Program-made: the position numbers and the translations under genes
Source of the DNA: Trichodelitschia bisporula
Lineage: Eukaryota
Assembly (NCBI GenBank): GCA_010356995.1
Contig: ML996693.1
Coordinates: 868,001-932,000, forward strand
Length of the DNA: 64,000 nucleotides
Direction of reading: 5' to 3'
The notes under the pieces: model-generated
What the model was told of the DNA's origin: nothing
What the model saw: the letters and a program-made list of their open reading frames with translations, nothing else
Database searches by the model: none
Part shown: positions 11,986 to 22,353 of the stretch, one piece after another
Numbering within the stretch: the stretch's first letter is position 1
Layout of the letters: each line of letters opens with the position of its first letter

Positions 11986-13944
11986 CGTGTCTTTTCTTCG
12001 TGTTTAGCGATGCATCAGTCGCTTCAATGGGAGAGGTAGGAGGATAGAAGGTGACGAGCGAGGCAGAGCTCAATGCGCATGGCGGAAGATTCTTTAAGAG
12101 ACGGGGGAAAGAAAGATGGTTCCCAGGTCCAGCACCGTTCCCTCGTTCGCTTTGTTCACCAATGTGCTGTAGATTCGAATGTCAAGGTCCTGTCTCCCGG
12201 CTTGCTTCCGTGTGCGATGCCCCGGTATGCATGTTGAGTTCCACGTGCAGTGTGTGTGTGTGAAGGGCGATTGTGAGGGCAGTGTGACGAAACATGTTTT
12301 CGAGACAGCAGGCTTGATGAGAAGACGCTTCTGCGACCGTGGCGGGTAGATTTCCATGACGCAAGACCGGGGGGGTACAGTGGGCAGTGGGCCTGAAGTT
12401 GTTTCTATTCATCTTACCTCTTTGGATGGGCGTGGGGATGTCAAACGGAAGGGCTAGATTCCGAAGCACGAAGGAGGAGAGGGCGGCCGAAAAGGTTTCT
12501 AGTTCTTCCTGCTCGTTGACTCGTTGAATTTTTGGGTTTGGTTTTTGGGGGAGGGGGCCTGGGTATGGGATGGTTGAATCGGAACGGGCGTGTTTCTTGC
12601 GCTTCGGGAGCCCGAGGAGGCGTGTTCCGGCTTGGGGTTTGTGAGACGGGGATGATCTTTTTGTTGTTTGACATCCGAGGGGGGAGATTGGTGGATGGTT
12701 GTAGACGGAGGTGGATGGAGGTTGGTACTGGAGATGGGGATTGGTTGATGGATGTTTTGTACGGAGGTATGGGCGGTTAGGGTGAGGCAAAAGAAGAGTG
12801 CGAGAGGGGGAGCAAGGAGAGGGAGAGAGGGAGAAGAGAGCGGACGATGACGGGAGAGATGCTTGCTTCGAAACTTGATTGCTGCATCAGAGCGCGCCGT
12901 GATCTTTTGCTTCTTTTCTTTCTTCTGGACTCGCGAAGTACAACAACGATACCTAGAGTACAAACTCCCCGCAACGGCCGGCAGAGAACACAGTAAGCGT
13001 ACGTTGTATCATATGCATCCCAAAGCATTCAACGTCTATCTCCACCTCATCACCACCTTACAAACAGCAATGCTAAGATACCTCCAACTGATACCAGCAA
13101 CGGCGGCACGCAAGGCCTGCAACCGGATCTGGCGCAAGCCGAACACCATCGGTCCTAACCTATTATTACCCGCGGGCCGGCCTCCCTTGAACGGAAGCTG
13201 GCCACTCCGCGGGGGTGTGCGGCGCCGCAGCTGCGTGAGGCTCTCACCCGTCGGGTTTCAAGGGCAACCCCTCTGCGTCGCAGATGGCCTGCCCACCCGC
13301 GACCCGGGCGCGACGACGCGCTTCTCCAGCGCCTGGTGCCTTGCAGCAAGCTCGCCATTCACGCCCGTTCTACCCCTCGGCCGCCCAATGTTCCAGCCCC
13401 ATCTGCTTCCTGTGGATGCTGCTCTCGTTCCCCCTCGATCTCGTGTCTAGCTTACCGTGCCCCCCACCGACACCCCCCTCTGACCCCCCCCCCCCCGGCC
13501 CGGGGTGGCGTGCAAAGCTTGACCCGCGACAAGAGTGACAAGAAAGCTTGGGGTCGGGTAGTAGGTCGCCCGGGGGGAGATGTGAAGGGCGTCGGGATGC
13601 AGGGCGTGACGCGGAGGGGGAAACGTCTCAGGCTGGAGGGGAGGGAGAGAGGGGAGGGAGTGGTGGTGGACGGTTGATTATAAGGTGGGTGAGGTCCGCG
13701 TCCTGGTAAGGGAAGCTTGTTCTATCTTTCCATCGCAAGATTCATCAGAGAAGTTCGCTGGTCGAGAAGTTCCCCTCCCCTTCCTTTCGCCGTGCTTGCA
13801 TTCTTCATTCTCTGTTCATACTACCACTCTCCCTTCGACAAAAGTCCCTGGTCGGACTCCCCTTTGCTGGACAAATACACCTTCCTTCACACATAGACTC
13901 ACATCTCTCCTAGTGAGAGTACATTCCCTCATCACACCATCAAC

Positions 13945-15050
13945 ATGCCTGGTGCAGGCCGCCTACTCAACCTCGCCCTGATCCTCGCATCAGTGGCCTC
14001 CCCCACCCTCGCCGCGCCCCACCGTCCCCGCCCGCAAGCACTAGAGATCCGCTCTCCCCTTGTCATCCGTGCCGCGCAAGAGCCCGCCCCCGCCGCCGCA
14101 ACCACCGCCGTCGCAACACCAGGCACCCAGCCGGGCGTCGCCGCGCCCGCTACTCCCCCCGCCGCCCCAGCCGCGGCAAGCAACACCACGGCCGCCGCGC
14201 CCGGCGGCGGTCTGACCGACCTGGACATCCTGCAGTTCGCCCTGACGCTCGAGCACCTCGAGTCCACCTTCTACCAGCAAGGCTTCGCCAAGTTCCCCGA
14301 CTCGGACTTCGCGGCTCTCGGCTTGTCGCCGGATCAGATTACCGGCCTGAAGCAGGTCGGCATGACGGAGCAGACGCATGTCACGCAGTTGATGAGCGCC
14401 ATCAGCGCGGCGGGCGCGAAGCCCGTCGAGGCGTGCACGTACAACTTCGGCTTTACGACTGCGGCGAATATGGTGGGCACGGCGCGCGTGCTCGAGGCTG
14501 TTGGCATTAGCGCGTACCTCGGCGCTGCGCCGCTGATTAAGTCTGCGCCTGTGCTCACCGCTGCGGCGGAGATTGTGACCATTGAGGCGCGCCATCAGAC
14601 CTTCATCCGCACGGCTAGCAAGGCGATTGCCGTGCCCAACGCCTTCGACCAGCCCCTCGGCCCCCGCGCGGTGTTCACCCTCGCTGCGCCCTTCATCCAG
14701 TCCTGCCCCGCGGGCTCGAACCTCAACGTCCAGGCCTTCCCCGCCATTGCGCTCTCGGGCGGCGGGACGAACATCCAGGCGGGTCAGAGCCTGGTGCTCG
14801 CTGACCCGCAGCAGCCGGTTGGTGCACAGTTTTGCGCCTTCCTCAACCAGGGCCAGACTGTGTTTCAGCAGATCCAGGGCGGTGGGTGCGGTGTGCCCCA
14901 GGGTCTGACTGGTGAGGTGTATATGATCGTCACGAAGAGCGCGAGTATTGCGGATACGGAGATTTTGGCGGGGTGAGTTTTGCCATGGCGCGTTGTGTGA
15001 AGGATGAGTGCTAATCATCCTCCAGGCCGTCCGTTATCCTGATGACCTAG
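13945..15050 (+). CDS. Secreted ferritin-like domain protein (Rds1-like stress protein), 2 exons
   Basis: Signal peptide; DILQFALTLEHLE, EQTH, LEAVGISAYLGAA, EARHQ ferritin-like motifs; intron 14973-15025 gives terminal GPSVILMT*; TATA-like TTATAAG near 13678. Confidence 0.88.
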
Positions 15051-15830
15051 ACATGTCTTTTCTTTTTGGTGGAAGAGGCGGCGAGGCGCGCGCCGCCCAT
15101 CGTGTATGTAGGACTGCTCCCCGGCCCTGCCCCGCCACTCGGCCTGGCCCGACGGCGGGAGACGCGGAGGGAGCACCGGGCTACGCGCTAGCCACATCAT
15201 TGCATCGGCGTCTCGGTGTTGGGAACCCTCTCCCTTGTGCAGATGGGGAGAGCGTGAAACAAAACGCGCAGACAGGGAGAGGAGGAGAGTTCGTTTCTGT
15301 CATCTAGTTAGATAATCCTTGGTGGCCTCGATCCACCTGATTCCCAACTCTCTTTGCGTTTCGCACCGTGAGCGCCTCCGCATGATGTAATTCCGGCCCT
15401 GACGTTTTCCGTCTCGGGCAATGGGTTGCTGATACGCCGGTGCCCTGTCTCGGCGTTCGTGCCGGGCCGGCATCTTCCGCTACGGCACGCGTTTGAGTGC
15501 GGTTTCTGGGATCGGAGCTACTGTATTGTTACCTAGCTCTGGCGGAGATTAATGGTATGCATTCCAGGCCTTGGACTTCGTGGTGCTTCCGTAAGGCTGA
15601 GTCGCACTTTGCCGGTTTGGGGAGGCTGCATGCGGCGCGGGATGTTCCGGCCCGCGGGGAAGTGACGTTGGGCGGCTAGGGCTGGGCGCGGGCTGGGCTG
15701 GCATGTGAACGTCGGTCGATCGCCGGATGGACGGAACGTCATGTCGTGAGCGGGTATATGCTGCGCGGTTCACACTTTGCTCGACTTCGATGTTGCTCCG
15801 TAAGAGCACGATATGGGGGCTCGAAGTGGC

Positions 15831-17442
15831 ATGTTTGCGTTCCTGAGAGCGCTGGCTGGGATAGCATTTGAGGTTGTGTTCTTCTGGCAGTTGGTGGGTG
15901 GTCGCGTGTGGCTCTTGTTTATTCGAGCCGCGCTGATGATGACAGCGTCTATATCACTACATCATGACGCCCTCACCGCAGGACGAGCTTCGCACGCGCA
16001 TGGCTGAGGCGACGTCTTTTGAAGAATGGGAAGCAGCAGCCTTCGAACTCGACGAACTCCTGGGCTACGATCTCTGGTGCCAAACCCCCTCCTCGCGGCA
16101 CTACGACTACCGCCTCATAAACACGCGCTTGACAACCCTCCTCTCCCTCCTCGAACCCCCCCTCCACATCCCCTCTCTCATCGCCCTCATCCGCTCAGGC
16201 CTGGTCCGTAACCTCGCTAACATAACCCACCCCGCGCTCTACACCCACGCCCACGCCGGCACCAAGCTGCTGATTGAAGACTACATCACCCACACCGCCC
16301 TCGCCATCGAGGCCCTCGCCGCCTATCCTCCGGACGAATTGCTCCCCCCGCAGGCGAAGCTCGACGTCCTGCACGACGCGCGCCAGGCCCTCGGCCGCAG
16401 CGCCCTGGTATTCGCCCCCGCAGATCCGCCCTTCGCACTCTGCCACCTAGGCGTCGTCCGCGCGCTCTATTTCCGGGGCCTGCTCCCGCGCATCCTCTGC
16501 GGAAACGGCATAGGCGCCCTCGTCGGCGCCCTCGTCGGCTCTCTCTCCGACGACGAACTCGTCCCCTTCCTCGACGGCCTGAGCGCCTCACTCGCCGCCC
16601 TGGCAGACGAAGACGGCAGCGGCCCCGAGTCCTGGGCGCGCATGCTCCACCGCCACGCCCGCGGCGCACGCGTCCTCGACGCCAGCGTGCTCGAAGCGCT
16701 CGTCCGGCAACGCGTCCGATTGCTGAGTTTCGAAGACGCGTACGCGCGCACGAAGCGCGTGGTCAATATCACCGTCGGCGGGTGCTTGCTCAATTACCTC
16801 ACTGCGCCGAATGTGCTCCTCGCGTCCGCGGCGCTGGCATCGCTGGATCCGGAAAGCGCGCTGGTGACGAAGCCAGGCACGCCGGCTTATACGCCGACGG
16901 TTCCGGCGCTTGCGGCGCCGCTGACGCGCCTGGCGAGCTTGTTTAATGCGACGCATTTTATGCTGTCGCATCCGCCGACGCTGCTGCCCTCGCCTGCGCA
17001 CCCGCGCTCGCGCTTTCCTACCCTTGCTGGCTTGCTGGCGGCGGAGGTGGGGCACCGGATTGAGCAGGCGGACACGCTTGGCCTGATACCTACATCCCTC
17101 CGCGGGGCGCTGCTGCCCGAGCACGTCCCTGGCGCGGTGGTAGGGTTGGTAAGTCGCCCTGGCGCGTTGGCTTCGTGGATGGGGTGCGGGTTAGGGGAGG
17201 GGAGCGGGGATGTGGATTGTTGGGTGCGGGAGGGGGAACGCGCGGTTTGGCCCTCTGTGCCGGCGTTGAGGGTGAGGTGTGCGGTTGAGGTGGAATTGGA
17301 GCGCGGGTATCAGGCTGTGCGGAGGTGGAAGGTGGCTGGGGAGGGGGAGGGGGGGAAGGGGTTGGGGAGTGGGGGGGGGAGGAGGAGGGGGCGGGCGTTG
17401 AGTTTTGGGGGCGCGGAGGAGGGGGGGGGGTATAGGGGTTGA
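15831..17442 (+). CDS. Patatin-family Tgl3-like triacylglycerol lipase homologue (catalytic motifs degenerate), 2 exons
   Basis: Exon 1 MFAFLRALAGIAFEVVFFWQL spliced in frame to RLYHYIMTPSP; N-terminal motifs (YDYRLI, RSGLVRNL, GTKLLIEDY), CHLGVVRAL, LLNYLTAPNV, GERAVWP. Confidence 0.85.
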
Positions 17443-18176
17443 GGGCTTTAGGCCTTGGTGGTTTGAGCTGTTCATGCCGTCCCTCTAGCCGGGACGTCGG
17501 ACCTCATGTGAGGAACTTGGACGGGCTGGTTTGGTTTATGTATGTCTGACATAGCTTCATGACGTCCTGAATATTGATGAGGCTATAGCCTGCGCTCTGC
17601 TTCCTCTTTAGGCTTTATGCCGTCAATTCCAGTCCATATGGCCGGCCGTCAAACCGTTTCGCCCGGAATCTTCCCCGCAGCCAGTTAGCCTTTGCCCAGT
17701 CCTGATGTAGACACAGGGAAGGAGCAGCTATGCCTTCGGAAGGGATAGCCGTAATCTTGGGAGGAGTACCCTTAACCGGGGGAAGTAACGAGGGGATATA
17801 ATGGAAGGAGCCTTGGAGGGACACGGACAACAATGTATCTAGACATGAGCGGTTCCGCCACTCTCCTCCCTCTTCGGCTCCTTGTCTGCTACAATGCTTT
17901 TCACTCTGCACTCGTTGGCCTCGCAGGTGCCCTCAGCTACGCTTCCATTAACTCCTTCGACCCTATCAGTCATACGAGATACAATGCCATCAACAAACCC
18001 ACCCGGCTACGCACCCTCCTGGTAGAACATGCCAATGAGTATCCGCTCCCAATGACTCCAGCCCAACGTCGGCTATCAGCCCAAAACCCCCTCGGCTTCG
18101 CAGCCTTCTCGCAGAACATGTCAATGAGTATCCGATCCCTATGCTTCCCAGACTAATCAGCGAGGCCCAACCCCGG

Positions 18177-20036
18177 CTATGCAGTCTTCTTGAAGAAAAT
18201 ATGCCCCCAATTCGACTCGACAGTCACCGTCAGTCTATTCCCCGCCACCTTTACGGTACTGTCCGCAAGCACATCCTCCCACTCGCCGTCCTCCGCAAAC
18301 TGCATCTGCACCGTCTGCGCCGCAACCCCAAAATTAAGCAAGATATAAAACCGTTCTAGCGCGCCATCATCCCCATTCCCGTATCGATGATACACCACCA
18401 ACCCACGCTGTACATCGACACCAAACCCCTGCGCATCGAACTGCTGCATCCAGCCCTCCCACTTCGGCGGATAGAATCCGGGACCTCGCAAAGCGGGGTG
18501 CTCCGCCCTTAGCTTTAGCATCTTGCGATAGAGCTGTCCTAAGGGTTTCCCGAACGCATCAGTGGTGCCGGCCCAGCGCAGCGGTCGCGCCCGCACGCGC
18601 CGCCCGCTCCCCGCATCGTCCTCCGGAATCCAGTAATCCTCGGCCCATTCCTGGCCGGCGGGGATGAGGGGCGTGCCCGAGGCGGTGAGGAGCGCGATGA
18701 CGTGCGGCTGGGTGCGGAACCAGGCGCCGCCGCCGGAGAGAGTGGGCGCGCCTGCTGCCCAGGCGATGGTGCTGTGGTCATGGTTGGAGAGGTACAGGGT
18801 TGCAGTCTTGCCAGGGGACACGTATTGTGTGTTGTTGAGGGCGGCGAGGTAGAGGGGGGAAATGGTGCCGGACCACAAGGCAGAAGCGGCTTGGCCGTAG
18901 ATTGCGTTGTCCCAGTAGGACGTGGCGGCGGTGGTGGAGACGAGGTTTGCAGCGTCGAGATCGAGGTGCTCGAGCGTCATGGAGAAGTTCTGCTGGCCAT
19001 CGGCGGTGACGTAGTCCTCGATGCTCTGCAGGAGCTCTGGGAGACCGCGCGGGTTGCCGGGGACGTAGAAGTTAACCGTGTTGTCGAATCTTATGCCGTC
19101 GATTTTGAACTGCGAGATCCAGTACAGGCAGACATCACGGATGAAGTCCTGCGTGCACTGGTTATTGAAGTCCAGATCTTGAAGCCCGGGAAACGTCCCG
19201 CCGAACGGCTGTGCTGTGTACGGGCAGTCATCCGGGCGCAGGTAGAAGCTCTTGTACGGGAAACTCTCGTCGCAGTGGTTGTACACGCCGTCCATAATGA
19301 CGTGAATACCGCGCTCATGGCACGCTGAAATCAGCCGCTTCAGCCAGCTGATCTTCTCCTCCGGCCTATTCACATCGTTCGCATACGCATACGAGATCGC
19401 GAAGTACTGGAACGGCTGATAGCCCCAGTCGAACAGCGCATCCTTCCACGCCGTCCACGGCATAATCAGCAGCGCATTCACCCCCAGATCGACCAGGTAA
19501 TCCAGCTTGTCACGCAGGGCGTCAAGCGGCGCGCGCCCGCCCCGGAATTCGTCTGTGAAGTCGAGCGCGTGCAGCTCGTACACGACAAGATCGCCCAGCG
19601 GCTTCCGTGCGGCTAACGGGGTGACTTCGTTCTCTGCCGCCGTGCTCCCGCCGATTACGAAACCGGACCGGTTTGCACCGCGGCCGGCGTAGCGCGCGCA
19701 TGGATCGGCGACGATTCGCGGCGCGCTGCCATCATCAAAAGTGACGACATATTGGTATTCGTAGAAGCCAGCGGGGAGCCGCGCATTCAGGGCCAGCGTC
19801 CAGAAGGTGCCTTCGGCCTGCGGGACGGAGGCGAAGAGGGCAGGTGCGGAGGAGGGGTCCCAGGCGGAGGCGGTGGGGGTGGTGTGCGGTTGGAAGTCGC
19901 CGATTACGCGGATGGAGGTGATGTGGGTTGGGAAGGAGGCTGGGAAGTAGAGGCGGAAGGTTACGCTGGGGACGTTGGGGGAGGGTTGGAGGGCGCCGAG
20001 GGATGCGGTTGTGTGGAAGAGGGGGGGGAGGGACAT
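18177..20036 (-). CDS. Glycoside hydrolase family 13 (alpha-amylase catalytic domain with N-terminal Ig/CBM48-like module), intronless, no signal peptide
   Basis: DPCAR, VYELH, DKLDYLVDLGVNAL, WGYQP, GIHVIMDGVYNH, IDGIRFD (nucleophile), LEH (acid/base), YLSNHD, GTPLIPAGQE. Confidence 0.93.
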   Translation of the reverse strand: MSLPPLFHTTASLGALQPSPNVPSVTFRLYFPASFPTHITSIRVIGDFQPHTTPTASAWDPSSAPALFASVPQAEGTFWTLALNARLPAGFYEYQYVVTFDDGSAPRIVADPCARYAGRGANRSGFVIGGSTAAENEVTPLAARKPLGDLVVYELHALDFTDEFRGGRAPLDALRDKLDYLVDLGVNALLIMPWTAWKDALFDWGYQPFQYFAISYAYANDVNRPEEKISWLKRLISACHERGIHVIMDGVYNHCDESFPYKSFYLRPDDCPYTAQPFGGTFPGLQDLDFNNQCTQDFIRDVCLYWISQFKIDGIRFDNTVNFYVPGNPRGLPELLQSIEDYVTADGQQNFSMTLEHLDLDAANLVSTTAATSYWDNAIYGQAASALWSGTISPLYLAALNNTQYVSPGKTATLYLSNHDHSTIAWAAGAPTLSGGGAWFRTQPHVIALLTASGTPLIPAGQEWAEDYWIPEDDAGSGRRVRARPLRWAGTTDAFGKPLGQLYRKMLKLRAEHPALRGPGFYPPKWEGWMQQFDAQGFGVDVQRGLVVYHRYGNGDDGALERFYILLNFGVAAQTVQMQFAEDGEWEDVLADSTVKVAGNRLTVTVESNWGHIFFKKTA

Positions 20037-20839
20037 GTTGGGCTGCTGGTGTTAGTTGGTTGTTGTGTGGGGTGGGGATGGGAGGGGGTATGTACCTAGG
20101 ACGCGTGCTGCGACGCGTAGCTTTGCGTGCTGGAGGTGGATGATGAGGTTGAACGGCTTTCGGACAAAAGGTCAGCGGCGAGATGCCGTTTTTATTAACG
20201 GCGAGCCGTCCATCGCTAAGTTATTCCTGTCATACGGCAGCAGCTGTGATCGTCTCTGCGTTTTCAGCCATCTTCAGCCATTTGGGTCAGCCCACGACGC
20301 CCGCCCGCCTCAGCCGCTTGTTGTTGGGATTGGTGTTTTCAGCCCCGCCACCCCCCCTCTCCCCGCGCTGCAGCTGGTACTCACGGTTGAACATGCACGA
20401 CGTCGGCGGTATGCGAAGCGGAAGCGGCGAATACGGGAGGACGGTGAGGCCGATTGTAATGCGGCCGTCGGAAAATGGACTATTCCTGGTGGTTGGCGAC
20501 TTGATCCTGGTTAGAAGGAGGTGCCGACTGTATGTACCCGTAGTTCTAGTGGGCGTCGAGAACCGGACTATTCCTGGCGGTTAGCGACTTAATTCTGATC
20601 AAGATGAGGTGACGGAGTCGAGCTGCAGATGAAGACGTGACATATCGTATCCAAAACCTATGACACCGTCAATTGCTCCGCTTCCAATGCAACTAGACTC
20701 GCGAAGAAGAATCCAATGCAAGCCTCCGAACCATGGTTCAAACCCTATCAAAATACCGTGAAGCTTCCCGAACCCCGTCCCTCACACCCATCCAGCCATT
20801 TCCCTCATGGTCATGAGCCTATCCTCCCCTTCCGCGCCC

Positions 20840-21272
20840 TCAATTCCACGTCCTCGCCTCACTCGTCTGATCCACCTCCCTCGCCCGACGATTCTCATCC
20901 GCCGCCTGCCTCAACGCCGCATTCATCCCGCCCTTCTTCTGCTGCGCAAGCTGGTCCGCCAGTTTCCCCGAGCCCTGCGCCTTGTTCGCTCGCGCCTGCC
21001 TCGTCAGCACAACCCACCCCACTCGATCAAGTATGCGCGTTTACCTCGGCAGCAGCAGCCCTCGCCTCTGCCGCCGTTCGCGCATCCACCGCGTCCCCTC
21101 CGCTGTCCCCTCCGTTGCCCCCGAGCTTCTGCGGCGGTCTGGCGGGAGCTCGATTTGCGGGCGCTGGGGCAGTGGTGTGTGCTGCGCGGGCGCGGGCGCG
21201 TTCGTCCGCCTGGCGGATGGTCTGGCCGCCGTCTGTGAAGTTTTTGGATTCTTTGCCGCAGAGGTTGCCCAT
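20840..21272 (-). CDS. Small protein with N-terminal myristoylation/palmitoylation-type motif, 2 exons
   Basis: MGNLCGKES start; 49-nt intron 21044-20996 (GTAAAC...GCTGAC...CAG) joins to ARANKAQGSGKLADQLAQQKK...RTWN*. Confidence 0.8.
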
Positions 21273-21937
21273 TGTTCAGTGGGGGGTTGGGGGTGGGGTG
21301 TGGGTGTGGTGTGGTGTTGGGGAGTAGGAGGGAGGCATTGGGGGGATAAGGTGAGGCTTGAGATGCCTAGAGTTCCTTGGGTCCTGACGTGGGACGCGGC
21401 GTGAACTACTGGTACACGTGATTGGGGTGGGGGTGGCTGGGGAGAGGGTTAGGGGAGTTGATGATGGGGGAGGGAGAGGGAGGGGACTTGGATTGAGGAG
21501 AGGTGGGTATGGCTTTGATATTCATGTGGTTCATTGTGTGTGTGCTTTGTGCTACTGTCCAGTCAAGTCAAGTCACTGCCCGGGTAAGGCATGGAGCTCT
21601 TCACATTGGTGGCATGGCTAAGGTTACTCTGATATGCGACGCCCCTCTCTCTCCGTCTGTAACTTTGGGAGACTTGCAATAACAGGCCAGTACGGATTAT
21701 TCCAACCCTGATGGCGAATAACCAAACTTCTTTGCAGGCGCAGCTATTCTGGGTTGAACCGCAAGAGAGAGCAGCACGCGCACGCCTCCGTTGAAGACAG
21801 CGCAATCGGATCCGTCAGCCGAAGCATCAGGCTTTTTGTTTGCAGACCTTGACCCCTCCATCCCTCATCTCTCCCTTCCTCCGCTCCACTCCGTACGGTA
21901 CAACGTTGCGAACCACCCAACGGACCTGTCCATCACC

Positions 21938-21980
21938 AGTCTACTGACGAGTCTACTGACGAGTCTACTGACGAGTCTAC
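21938..21980. repeat. 12-bp tandem repeat (AGTCTACTGACG) x ~3.6
   Basis: Perfect units read directly in the divergent intergenic region. Confidence 0.92.
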
Positions 21981-22353
21981 CGGCGTACCGATACATTTCT
22001 GGATACTTTATTTTATATTAATACCGGACCCTCAAGCAGCCTGGCCGATGTCGCACATCCAACTGCCTCACGTCACAGGGATTGCATACCTTGATGGCCG
22101 GTAGTTCGTAGCACAACCCACTGGAGACTTTTTACCCGCGGAGGCTCTCCAACCGACAGTTCTATCACAGCTCTCATCCATCATAGCTCTCGATATTTTC
22201 GATCTGCAGTCATCAGCCCCCAATCCTCCGAATCTCTCACCCCTCCCCTCCCCTCCCACCCAACCTACCCTCCCACCGGACGCAGAATCGTACTCCCACG
22301 CACGTACGCCCACCCCTTCGCTCATCTCCCGCTAATACCCTCACCAGCATCTC

